Source of the DNA: an uncultured Acidobacteriota bacterium | GTDB taxonomy: Bacteria; Acidobacteriota; Thermoanaerobaculia; UBA5066; DATFVB01 | Assembly: GCA_963813155.1 (NCBI GenBank) | Contig: CAWEYG010000003.1 | Location: forward strand, 448,001 to 512,000 | Length of the DNA: 64,000 nt | Direction of reading: 5' to 3' | Shown: piece after piece, positions 11,046 to 20,265 of the stretch | Numbering within the stretch: the stretch's first letter is position 1 | How the letters are laid out: each line of letters begins with the position of its first letter | The notes under the pieces: model-generated | Databases searched by the model: none | What the model was told of the DNA's origin: nothing | What the model saw: only the letters and a program-made list of their open reading frames with translations | Position numbers and translations under genes: made by a program

Positions 11046-12413
11046 ACGGGAAAGAAGGAGGAATCGATGAAAGCAAGTCAGCCGATCGTCCGGGTTCTGT
11101 TACGAACGGTTGTCGTGGGTCTGCTCGTCGGGTGGTCTCCGGTCGTCGCTCGAGCGGCCACCGGGGACTTCGGAACTCTCACGGAGTATTCGATTCCGAC
11201 GCCGAATAGCGAACCAGGACAAATCACCCTCGGCTCAGACGGAAACCTCTGGTTCACGGAGAATTCCAAGATCGGGCGAATCACCCCTTCGGGGACCGTC
11301 ACAGAATTTGACACTTCAACTCCGGATTGGGCCTCCCAGGGGCATCGCGGCGGGAGCGGACGGCAACCTCTGGATCCCGGTCTCCGAATTCGACTTCGGA
11401 ACGGGCGCGCTCGTCCGGATGACGACTTCCGGCGCCGTTGTTGATTTCTCGTTGACCGGCAAGTTTCTCTCGCCGTGCGGCGTCGCTTCCGGCCCGGATG
11501 GAAACCTGTGGTTGACGCAGTGCAACGGCTCGTCAATATCAATCGCCCGGATGACGCCTTCGGGCGACCTGACGACGTTCCCGCTCCCGGAATCGGGCTA
11601 CTTCTCGATCACAATCGCCGCAGGCCCCGATGGCAATCTCTGGTTCACGGACCATCTCAACCCGTTGATTTGGCGGATCACAACCACCGGCGTCTTCACT
11701 CCGTTCTCAACCTCGAGTGTCGTCGGCGAGATTACACGAGGTCCCGACGGCAACGTCTGGTTTACGGAGCCCGACGCCATCGGCCGAATCACGCCGTCGG
11801 GCGTCTCTCCGAATTTCCCGTCCCCACACCGGCGAGCGGATCCCGGGAATTGCCGCCGGACCCGACGGCGCTCTCTGGTTCACCGAGTCCAACCCCGACC
11901 GGATCGGCAGGATCACGACGGCTGGCGAGATCAGCGAGCTCATCCTGCCGGCGCCGGGCGCGAATCCATCTCCTCATCCGCAAGGGATCGCGGCCGGCCC
12001 GGACGGCGCAATCTGGTTCACCGAACCCGGATTCGAACAAGATCGGGAGGCTGGCTCTGACCAACCCCGGCCCCTGCGTGCCGAGCTCGGAAGACCTTTG
12101 CCTGCTCTCCAACCGATTCAAAGTCTCGGTCAGCTGGTTCGACCAGCATGCCGGCGGAATCTCCGGGACCGGCACGACCCTCCCCCTCTCCGACGGCAGC
12201 GGCTCCTTCTGGTTTTTCCGGCCCGACTGGGCCGAGCTCACTGTCAAGCTCATCGACGGACGAGGCTCGAACGGAAAATTCTGGTTCTTCTACGGAGCGC
12301 TTTCGGATCTGGAGTACACGATCACCCTGACCGACACGACGACCGGGAGCGTCCGCACCTACCACAACGACCCGGGCAACATCTGCGGCGGCGCGGACAC
12401 AAACGCGTTCTGA
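10672..12413 (+). repeat. ~375-bp direct repeat (10672-11045 and 12039-12413)
   Basis: Long near-identical nucleotide stretches, e.g. gggccgagctcactgtcaagctcatcgacgg and gctttcggatctggagtacacgatcacc in both copies. Confidence 0.9.
11067..12413 (+). CDS. Secreted Vgb (virginiamycin B lyase)-like beta-propeller with C-terminal DTxAF domain; several frameshifts
   Basis: Signal peptide; about 7 repeats of [11 protein letters not shown]...IGRIT across three frames. Confidence 0.82.
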
Positions 12414-12476
12414 CCTCACCCCCCGGTCCCCCTCTCCAGCTGGAGAGGGGGTGGCCGGAGGCCGGGGGTGAGGTCA
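12411..12476. repeat. Long palindromic REP-like element / bidirectional terminator between convergent genes
   Basis: TGACCTCACCCCC...CCCCCTCTCCAGCTGGAGAGGGGG...GGGGGTGAGGTCA; its ends are the two stop codons. Confidence 0.7.
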
Positions 12477-12917
12477 GAGGCTCTCCAGAATCGCTTTCGG
12501 ATGGCTCTTTGGGTCCACCTTCGCGTGGGCCTGGAGAACCTTTCCGTCCGGGCCGATCACGTATGTGATGCGCTTCGCCGCATTCGCCGCCGGCGAGTCG
12601 CACGCTCCGTACGCCATTCCGATCTCGCGCTTCACGTCGCAGAGCAGCGGAAACGGGAAAGAGAACTTCTTCGCGAAGGCCGCGTTCTCGGCGGGCGTGT
12701 CGAACGAGATGCCCCAGATCTCGGCGTTCTTTTTCTGGAATTCCGGGTAGAGGTCGCGGAACCCGCAACCCTCGAGCGTTCAACCGGGGGTGTCCGCCTT
12801 CGGATAGAACCAGAGCACGATCGTTTTGCCTCTCTGATCCGAGAGGCGGACCGTTTCTTCTCGATCGTTTTCGACTTCGAAATCGGGAGCCGGATCTCCG
12901 ACGGAAAGCATGATCAT
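12474..12917 (-). CDS. bcp: Bcp/PrxQ peroxiredoxin with selenocysteine (in-frame UGA at 12780-12782)
   Basis: GDPAPDF...[23 protein letters not shown]; same frame continues with Prx sequence ([23 protein letters not shown]) to a stop at 12474. Confidence 0.88.
12750..12773 (-). promoter_or_regulatory. Bacterial SECIS-like hairpin
   Basis: GAG-G-GUUGCGG-GUU-CCGCGAC-CUC starting 6 nt after the UGA; apical loop begins with G about 17 nt downstream. Confidence 0.65.
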
Positions 12918-12982
12918 TTCCCCTTTCTTTCGCAGAGCTTCTTTCACGGCCCGGCCGGCCGTCCGGAGCAAGCCCATCGCCT

Positions 12983-13570
12983 TCATCCGCGGGGCATCGC
13001 CGCGTCTTCCGGCCGGTTCCAGTTGGAAAACGCCTCCGGGCCCGCAACGCGGCCCCAGGCGTTTTCCTCTTCAATTGTCCCCTCGCATTCTGTCACGAGT
13101 TCGTAAATCGAAAGCTCTCCCCGCGCCGCGTTCCGCTCGAATGTGTCGAGAACCGACGGCCGGTACGCGGCGCAGAGACCGTGGATCTTCCCGCCGGCTC
13201 GCAGAACGACGCACGGAGCGTCGCCTGCGAGGAGGCGTTGCGCGACGTGGTCGACGAGGACTTCCGGAAACAGGGGAAGATCGACGGCGAGGACGAAAAC
13301 GGGCCGCCGGAGCGCCCGAAGGGAAGCCGCGATTCCGAAGATCGGCGCGCCCACCCCGTTTCCGTCCGTGATGACCGGATATCCCAGGGACGCGAACGGA
13401 GCGGCGTGCTTCGCAGAGATCCGCACGTCGGAAAACACGCGCGAAAGGCGCTCGAGCTGATGCGCGATCAGGGGCTTGCCTCCATAGTCGAGCCAGGCCT
13501 TGTCGCGGCCCATCCGCGCAGACTCCCCGCCCGCAAGCACGACGCCCGACATCTCGGTGATCACGTCCAT
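12983..13570 (-). CDS. mobA: Molybdenum cofactor guanylyltransferase
   Basis: VLAGGESARMGRDKA, LAVDLP, GLCAAY, FSNWNRPED. Confidence 0.9.
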   Translation of the reverse strand: MDVITEMSGVVLAGGESARMGRDKAWLDYGGKPLIAHQLERLSRVFSDVRISAKHAAPFASLGYPVITDGNGVGAPIFGIAASLRALRRPVFVLAVDLPLFPEVLVDHVAQRLLAGDAPCVVLRAGGKIHGLCAAYRPSVLDTFERNAARGELSIYELVTECEGTIEEENAWGRVAGPEAFSNWNRPEDAAMPRG

Positions 13571-13579
13571 CGCTCGCCG

Positions 13580-13999
13580 CTACTTCAGCGATCTCAGATA
13601 TGCGACAACGGCGGCCGCGTCTTCGCGCGTCATTCCGAACTGCTGCATCGGGAGCTGCGGAGGAGTTCCGCCGCGGGTGACGCCTTCCGTCAGCAGGCGG
13701 ATCGCCTCCTCGTCGGTGTATCCCGCGAAACCGCGAATGTTCGGCGCCGCGAACGCCCAGGGCTGACCCAAAAACGGCGACCGCAGGGGAATCGGAGCGC
13801 CGGAGAGCGTTCGGGTCATCACGAGATTTCCGGTCTCGTCCCGGGGGGTGTGGCACTGCCCGCAACGGGACAAATGCTCCACGATGTACGCGCCGCGGTC
13901 CGACGGGGCCGCCGCGGCCCTCGCGGCGGGCCGTTGAACCGCGAAGAGCGCGCCCGCCGCGAGCGCGATTCCGGACCCGGCCAAGATTCGGATTCTCAT
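13580..13999 (-). CDS. Exported monoheme cytochrome c
   Basis: Signal peptide, RGAYIV...CGQCHTPR, APNI, distal PM, AVVAYLRSL. Confidence 0.88.
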   Translation of the reverse strand: MRIRILAGSGIALAAGALFAVQRPAARAAAAPSDRGAYIVEHLSRCGQCHTPRDETGNLVMTRTLSGAPIPLRSPFLGQPWAFAAPNIRGFAGYTDEEAIRLLTEGVTRGGTPPQLPMQQFGMTREDAAAVVAYLRSLK

Positions 14000-14046
14000 C
14001 GTTCCCTCCCTGCAGCCCGAGGGCCCGATGCTAGCATCCGAAAAGG

Positions 14047-14739
14047 ATGATTTCCCTTCTGATTCCGATCCGCGGCGAGCCGGCGATCGCCGCCTGCGCA
14101 TTTTCGCGACTCGGCCCGGAAATCGAGATTCTCGTCGCGGACGGGGACCGTGCCGGCGCGGCTGCGGCCGCCTTTGAAAAGATCGGAGCGCGCGTTCTGT
14201 CGTTCCCGGGAAGCAATCGCGGCGAACGCCTCGCCAGCGCCGCCCGCGAGAGCCGGGGCGACATTCTCGCGTTCCTCCATTCCGACTCGCGCCTTCCGGC
14301 CGGCGCGCGCGAGACGATCGAGGACGCCGTGCGCTCCGGCGCTGCCTGGGGAGCATTCCGGCTGGCGTACGACGACGACTCCCCTTCGCTGCGCTGGATC
14401 GCCTGGTGGGCGAACCTCCGAAGCCGCGTCTTCCAGCTGCCGTTCGGCGACCAGGGGGTCTTCTGCACTCGCGCGGCGTACGAGCGGACCGGAGGCTACC
14501 CGGAGCTCCCGATCTGCGACGACCTCGCGTTCGCGCTGAGGCTCCGGAGAGTCGGCGGCTTCCGGCTTCTTCCCGGTGCGTGTGTGACTTCGGCGCGGGC
14601 GTACCGGGGACGGAGCCTTCGGCAGGTGCTCACGAACTGGAAGGTGATGACCGGGTATTTTCTCGGAGCCCGGCCGGAGACGCTGGAGAGGTGGTATCGG
14701 GCAGCTGGACGTCTATCGTCGCGGGAGACGAGGCCCTAA
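14047..14739 (+). CDS. Glycosyltransferase family 2, TIGR04283-like (rSAM/selenodomain-associated)
   Basis: [42 protein letters not shown] motifs. Confidence 0.8.
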   Translation: MISLLIPIRGEPAIAACAFSRLGPEIEILVADGDRAGAAAAAFEKIGARVLSFPGSNRGERLASAARESRGDILAFLHSDSRLPAGARETIEDAVRSGAAWGAFRLAYDDDSPSLRWIAWWANLRSRVFQLPFGDQGVFCTRAAYERTGGYPELPICDDLAFALRLRRVGGFRLLPGACVTSARAYRGRSLRQVLTNWKVMTGYFLGARPETLERWYRAAGRLSSRETRP

Positions 14740-15956
14740 ACCATCTTCAGCAGGTGCCCCATCTTGTTCTTCTTCGCCTCGAGGTATTTCTGGGTGCGCT
14801 CGGTCGGCCGGACCTCGAGCGGGACGCGCTCCACGATCTCCAGCCCGTAGCCGTCGATCGCGACGTACTTCGAAGGGTTGTTCGTCAGGAGCCGCATTCG
14901 TCGGACGCCGAGGTCGCGCAGGATCTGGCACCCGACGCCGTAGTCGCGGATGTCCGGGGGAAACCCGAGCTTTTCGTTCGCGGAAACGGTGTCGTCGCCC
15001 CGGTCCTGCAAGTCGTACGCCTTGAGCTTGTTGAAGAGGCCGATGCCGCGCCCCTCCTGCAGGAGATAGAGCAGCACGCCCTTTCCCTCTTCCGTGATCT
15101 TCTCCATCGCGAGACGCAGCTGCACGCCGCAATCGCACCGCGACGAGCCGAACACGTCGCCCGTGAGGCATTGCGAGTGCACGCGGACGAGAACCGGCTC
15201 GTCCTCGGCCCACTCCCCCGCCACGAGCGCGACGTGCTCTTCGTGCGTCACCTCGCTCTTGTACGCGACGATGCGGAACTCTCCGAAATCGGTCGGCAGG
15301 TTCGGCGCCGCGATCCGCTTGACGAGCCGTTCCGTCTGCATCCGGTAGCGAATCAGGTCCGCGACCGAGATCATCGTGAGGCCGTGCGCCGCGGTGAACT
15401 TCTGGAGATCGGGCAGGCGAGCCATCGTGCCGTCGTCGTTCATGATCTCGCAGATCGCCGCCGCGGGAGTGAGGCCCGCGATCCTCGCGAGATCCACGGA
15501 AGCTTCGGTCTGGCCGGCGCGCTTGAGCACCCCGCCCGGCGCCGCGCGAAGGGGAAACATGTGGCCCGGGCGCAGCAGGTCCGACGGCTTCGTCGCCGGA
15601 TCGATCGCGACGCGCACGGTCGCCGCGCGGTCGGCCGCGGAGATCCCCGTCGTCACCCGCCCGCGCGCCTCGATGGAAACGGTGAACGCCGTTCCGAACG
15701 GCGAAGTGTTCTCCTCGACCATCGGAGGGAGTCCCAGCTCGTCGCAGCGCTCCGACGTGAGCGAGAGGCAGATGAGGCCCCGCCCCTCCCGCGCCATGAA
15801 GTTGATCGCTTCGGGAGTGACGCGCTCGGCGGCCACGGCGAGGTCGCCTTCGTTCTCTCGGTCCTCGTCGTCGACGATGACGACGAACTTGCCGGACCGG
15901 AATTCTTCGATCGCGCGCTGAACGTTTTCGAACGCCGCTTCGTCGGCCCGGGTCAT
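14736..15956 (-). CDS. ribBA: Bifunctional DHBP synthase / GTP cyclohydrolase II
   Basis: [47 protein letters not shown]. Confidence 0.97.
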   Translation of the reverse strand: MTRADEAAFENVQRAIEEFRSGKFVVIVDDEDRENEGDLAVAAERVTPEAINFMAREGRGLICLSLTSERCDELGLPPMVEENTSPFGTAFTVSIEARGRVTTGISAADRAATVRVAIDPATKPSDLLRPGHMFPLRAAPGGVLKRAGQTEASVDLARIAGLTPAAAICEIMNDDGTMARLPDLQKFTAAHGLTMISVADLIRYRMQTERLVKRIAAPNLPTDFGEFRIVAYKSEVTHEEHVALVAGEWAEDEPVLVRVHSQCLTGDVFGSSRCDCGVQLRLAMEKITEEGKGVLLYLLQEGRGIGLFNKLKAYDLQDRGDDTVSANEKLGFPPDIRDYGVGCQILRDLGVRRMRLLTNNPSKYVAIDGYGLEIVERVPLEVRPTERTQKYLEAKKNKMGHLLKMV

Positions 15957-17317
15957 GAATTCTCCAGGACGGAGGCTTTTTCCGCGCTCTTCGGAGCCTT
16001 CGGGACGAACGGCTGGTCGGAAAGGACCTGGCGCTTGCCGATCTCCCGAATGAGCGTTTTCGCGAAAATCTCGAACTGGTGCGCCGCAGCCAGAAAAGTC
16101 TTCGTGGAGCAGTCGCTCGAGAAACCGGCGGCAAAGCGGTCGAACACCGACCAGTCCTTGAACATGAGATAGCGCATCGCTTCCCGGCGAAAACCGGCGA
16201 GCTCCTCGGCGAAGTCCTCGAGCCGCTTTTGGTCCGGGATGTCCTGGAATCGCCGGCAGGCGAGCACGAGCTCCCAGAGGTCCTCCCGGAGGCGCAGCGA
16301 CTGCTGGCGCCGGGTGAGGTGCTCCGGAAACACCCGTTTCGGGTCGACGGGGCCGGCGTACGTCTCCGCGAGGGCGAGGATGTTCTGCTGAAAGAGGTCT
16401 TTCAGAATGCCGCAGGCGTTTTCCATCCGCTCCTGCGCCGTTCGCGACTCCTTCAGGCGCGCGACGTCGACGAGCTCACCCTCCATCACCTTGCGTAGCT
16501 CCATCTCCGTGGAGAAGAGCAGCCGGTCGAGCACTTCCGCCCGCTTGGAATCGGCCGGCTCGCCCGCGAGCAGCCGGCTTCGGATGTACTCCGAAAGCGA
16601 CCGCGCGAGGGATCCGATTCGGGAGAACAGCACGAGCGTCCGGCGACGCGACGAGGCTCGAACGATCGAAGCGGAGGCAACGTCCGCGTAGTGCAATCCC
16701 TTGAACAGCCCGACGAAGAGGGTCCCCAGCTCGCGCTTGGACCTCCGGTCGGTGACCCGATTCATGACCCGCGCGAGAGTCCGGCGGTCCGCCGTGTCGA
16801 ACAGCGGGAGCAGGTCCTCGCGAAAGAAAATTCCGAGATTGGAGTCTTCGCGAAGGGTCCGAATGAGCGCCCGGCCGATCGAAACGTACGTCGGCTGGCC
16901 GATGTACCGGGAGTGGGAGAGCTCTTCGAGAACGCGCACGAAATCCTCGATCTTCTCCACGGCCTCCGCGATCTTCACCTCCGGCTGGGCCACCCGCGGC
17001 CTGCCCGGGTCGCCCGGGTTGCGCGCGACCTGGTGCTCGAGATACTGCAGGAAATTTGCGAAGTCTTCCTTGCCCTCGCCGAGGAGGCGCTGCGTCACGC
17101 GCCCCACGTAGACGAGAGCGTCGCGGGCGACGGAAATCTCGTCGACGTAATTCCGGATCGCGGTCCGTCCCCGTTCCTCCGGAGACAGGGCGAGGTTCTC
17201 CACCTGAAGGAAGGCCTCGATCCCCTTGAGCCAGGTTTCGAGCTCGAAAAGAGAGTCGTATCGGACCTTCTTGGAGAAGAGCTCGGGATGTTCGAAGAGG
17301 GCCGCCCGGGATGCCAT
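15953..17317 (-). CDS. Hypothetical alpha-helical protein, translationally coupled to ribBA
   Basis: 454-aa ORF with typical codon usage; ATGA overlap with ribBA. Confidence 0.75.
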   Translation of the reverse strand: MASRAALFEHPELFSKKVRYDSLFELETWLKGIEAFLQVENLALSPEERGRTAIRNYVDEISVARDALVYVGRVTQRLLGEGKEDFANFLQYLEHQVARNPGDPGRPRVAQPEVKIAEAVEKIEDFVRVLEELSHSRYIGQPTYVSIGRALIRTLREDSNLGIFFREDLLPLFDTADRRTLARVMNRVTDRRSKRELGTLFVGLFKGLHYADVASASIVRASSRRRTLVLFSRIGSLARSLSEYIRSRLLAGEPADSKRAEVLDRLLFSTEMELRKVMEGELVDVARLKESRTAQERMENACGILKDLFQQNILALAETYAGPVDPKRVFPEHLTRRQQSLRLREDLWELVLACRRFQDIPDQKRLEDFAEELAGFRREAMRYLMFKDWSVFDRFAAGFSSDCSTKTFLAAAHQFEIFAKTLIREIGKRQVLSDQPFVPKAPKSAEKASVLENS

Positions 17318-17343
17318 TTCCCTATTCTACCGCTTGTTTTCGG

Positions 17344-20265
17344 CTAGAAGGGATACCCGATCGAGACAAAAAGCTGCGATTTCGGCTCCGTTCGCCGGAT
17401 GGTCTGGCCCGTGTCGGAGATCTGGCCGGTGTCGGGATTGAACCTCAGAAGGGGGACATCGAAAGTCCGGGGCCGCAGGACCTGCCCATACTCGAGGCGG
17501 ATCGGCCCGACGGGCGTCAGGTAACGGAGGCCGATCCCGGCGCTCTGGCGCAGCCCGTCCGCGCCCTCGAGCCGCCACCGGACCCGGTCGTCCATCCAGA
17601 CCTGCGTCGCGTCGTAGAACAGGGTCCCGCCGAGCGCGCCGACGATCGGGAATCGCCATTCCGCGTTCCAGCCGGCCGTCGCCGCGCCCCCGATCAACCG
17701 GGGGCCCTTGTCGCAGTCGAAGTTCGTGTCGAAGGAGCAGCTCCCCTTCCCGGGCTTTCCGGCGGCCTGCTCGATGACGGAATAGTCCACGGTCTGGCCG
17801 GAAATTCCGGAAAGGTTCGTGTCGAATCCGCGATTCGACGTCCGGCCGCCCGAAAAGAATCGCTCCGCGATCGGTATACACGGCAGGGCGGACTGCTCCG
17901 GCGAGCAATTGCCCGGCACCCGGATGGCTCCGGCCCGGGCCGAAACCGCAAGGACGCCGCCGAGGACCTTCTGGTAAGCGGAGACCTGCGCGTATCCCTT
18001 CAAATACTTCGCGTCGGCGGAAAGCGAAGGAACGGGGAACGCGTATTTCAGGAACGAGCTGACAAAGACGCCCCGATGCGGGTCGATGATCTCGTCACGG
18101 GCGTCGTACAGCGCGTTGACGCCGATCGTCGCCTCGGAAATGTTCCGGTCGAAAGGCTGGATCTTCTCGAGGTCGAGCGGGCTCTCGCTGCCCACGTTGA
18201 TGCGCTGGAACTCCACGCGCGATCCGAGTCGGATTTTCGGCGACACCTGCTTGTTCCCCTCGAGAAACGCGCCGCGGCGCTGGATGTCGATGTTCGAGAT
18301 CGGCTCCCGCGCGTAGAAGACCGTCGCCGTGAGGGGCAGGTCGAAGCCGAACAGGAAGGGGTCACGGTAGTTCAGGAAGACCCGCCCGCGCTTCGTCAGC
18401 GGAGCGTACCGCGACTCGAGCGAGATCGACCGGAGCGTTCCGAACAGGTTGTTGTACCCGAGGCCGAGGATGAAGAAGGGGCTTTGATCCCCCGTCGTGT
18501 CGTCGTACTGGTAGCCGAGGCCGTACAGGAGCGACAGCGGCCGGGCTTCCGCGACGTCGATCAGGACATTTCGTTCCGGCGTCGTCGGATCGGGCAGGGA
18601 AGGGCGAACCTCCACCTTCTGGAAGACCCCGGTGCGGGAGAGCTCCCGCTGGGCGTCGAGCATCTTCGTCTCCGACAGCGGATCGCCCTCACGCCAGCGG
18701 ATCGGAAATTCCACCCTCGAGCTTCGCGTCCGCGTGTTTCCGCGCACGATCGTCTTCCCGAAGAACTCTCTCGCGCCTTCGGTCACCAGATACGTCACCG
18801 ATGCCTCGGTACGGTCGGGCGTGAAATTCACGCGGGGCTCGACGGCGGCGCGCGTCCAGCCGTGGTCGCGGTAGTAATTGACGAGCGAAGCCTTGTCATC
18901 GTCGACCTTCTGGTCGTCGTAGGGCTGGCCCAGGCGGACCCGCAGGAGCTTCTGCAAGTCGGCCGGATCCGTGTGCGTGCTCCCCTCGACCCGGACCTGC
19001 CGGACCGTCGTCGCCGTCCCTTCGGTGACCCGAAGCGTCAACCGGAGGGCGCCCGTCTTCTTTCCGGGCGCGAGCTCCGGGGGCGCCACCGCCGCCAGCG
19101 TGTAGCCGTGCGTCCGATAGAAGCCGACGACCGCGCCCCGGTCTTCTTCCAGGACGGCATCGACGAGATAGCCCCGGTGGAAAAGCGACCGGGGCCGCGT
19201 CAACAGCAGCCGGCGGACGGTCTTTTCGGAGAAGGATTGAACACCCTCGACCTGCACCGCCTCGAGCCACTCCCGGGGACCGCGCACGACCGTCAGGACG
19301 ACCGCCTCCTTCCCGGGAGTCTCCTCGATCGAATAATCGACGACGGCTTTCCGGTAACCGCTCTCCTGATATTTTCGCCGGAGAGCGTCGACGTACTGGA
19401 TGAGAAGATCCTCCTGGAACACCTGGTCTTTCAAAAGATTCAGAAAGTCCTTCTGCACCCTCTTTTCCTCGACCCCTTTCGTCTCGAAGGTCACGAGCGG
19501 GCCGATTTCCACGCGAAAGACGGGGGCCGCGAGGTGGTTCTTCGTCTCGACGCCGATCTGCCGAACTTCCGCCTTCAGCCGCCCCTGCTGGAGCAGATAC
19601 GCCTGGAGCGCCTGCGCGCTCTTTCGGGCCCGTTCCTCGCGGTACCGGCTTCCCGATTTCCAATGCATCTTCCGCAGGAACACGCTGGCCGCAAAAGGCG
19701 CGATGTCGCCGTCGAACACCGGATCCGCGAGCCGGGTCGGCGGACCCGGCCGGATCCGGTACGTGATCTGCGCCTCGAACTCGGTCCGATCGAGGATCGA
19801 GGAAGCGGCCACTTCCGCCTCCGAATACCCTTCCGTCGCGAGGAGCCGCTTCAGGCGGCCGACCCCCTCTTCCATTTCCGCCGCCGAATAGGGATCGCCG
19901 ATTCCATATCCGAGCGAGCGCCTCAGCTCGTCCGCCGACACGGGGTTGCTCTCGAACCGAACCCGGCCCACCCGATAGGCTCGGAAAAGGTGCAGCGTCA
20001 GCTCGATCCGTCCTTCCCCGGCGGCCTCTTCCTCGACCGCGATTTGCGCATAACGCTCCGTCGCCGAAAGATTCTGGATCGTTCGCCGCACGGCATCGGG
20101 GTCGAGGGCCGACCCGGACCGGATTTCGATCAATTTCTCCACAGTCGGATCCGCCGGACCGTCGCTGTCGTACGAGACGGAATCGACGACGGGAACGCTC
20201 GCATCCGCCGCGGGCAGGGGCGCCGCCGCGGCGCGCAGGGCAAAAGCGAGGAGGCCGGCGATCAC
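17344..20265 (-). CDS. Omp85 family (TamA/BamA-like) outer-membrane protein with multiple POTRA domains
   Basis: POTRA repeats, FFSGGRTSNRGF, GIGLRYLTPVGPIRLEYG, terminal SIGYPF. Confidence 0.9.
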   Translation of the reverse strand: MIAGLLAFALRAAAAPLPAADASVPVVDSVSYDSDGPADPTVEKLIEIRSGSALDPDAVRRTIQNLSATERYAQIAVEEEAAGEGRIELTLHLFRAYRVGRVRFESNPVSADELRRSLGYGIGDPYSAAEMEEGVGRLKRLLATEGYSEAEVAASSILDRTEFEAQITYRIRPGPPTRLADPVFDGDIAPFAASVFLRKMHWKSGSRYREERARKSAQALQAYLLQQGRLKAEVRQIGVETKNHLAAPVFRVEIGPLVTFETKGVEEKRVQKDFLNLLKDQVFQEDLLIQYVDALRRKYQESGYRKAVVDYSIEETPGKEAVVLTVVRGPREWLEAVQVEGVQSFSEKTVRRLLLTRPRSLFHRGYLVDAVLEEDRGAVVGFYRTHGYTLAAVAPPELAPGKKTGALRLTLRVTEGTATTVRQVRVEGSTHTDPADLQKLLRVRLGQPYDDQKVDDDKASLVNYYRDHGWTRAAVEPRVNFTPDRTEASVTYLVTEGAREFFGKTIVRGNTRTRSSRVEFPIRWREGDPLSETKMLDAQRELSRTGVFQKVEVRPSLPDPTTPERNVLIDVAEARPLSLLYGLGYQYDDTTGDQSPFFILGLGYNNLFGTLRSISLESRYAPLTKRGRVFLNYRDPFLFGFDLPLTATVFYAREPISNIDIQRRGAFLEGNKQVSPKIRLGSRVEFQRINVGSESPLDLEKIQPFDRNISEATIGVNALYDARDEIIDPHRGVFVSSFLKYAFPVPSLSADAKYLKGYAQVSAYQKVLGGVLAVSARAGAIRVPGNCSPEQSALPCIPIAERFFSGGRTSNRGFDTNLSGISGQTVDYSVIEQAAGKPGKGSCSFDTNFDCDKGPRLIGGAATAGWNAEWRFPIVGALGGTLFYDATQVWMDDRVRWRLEGADGLRQSAGIGLRYLTPVGPIRLEYGQVLRPRTFDVPLLRFNPDTGQISDTGQTIRRTEPKSQLFVSIGYPF

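Noticed and set aside
10672-12413. Diversity-generating retroelement template/variable repeat pair
   Set aside because: Differences between the copies are mostly synonymous and not adenine-specific; no reverse transcriptase in the window
11067-12413. Streptogramin resistance gene vgb
   Set aside because: Secreted propeller with an extra domain; fold similarity only
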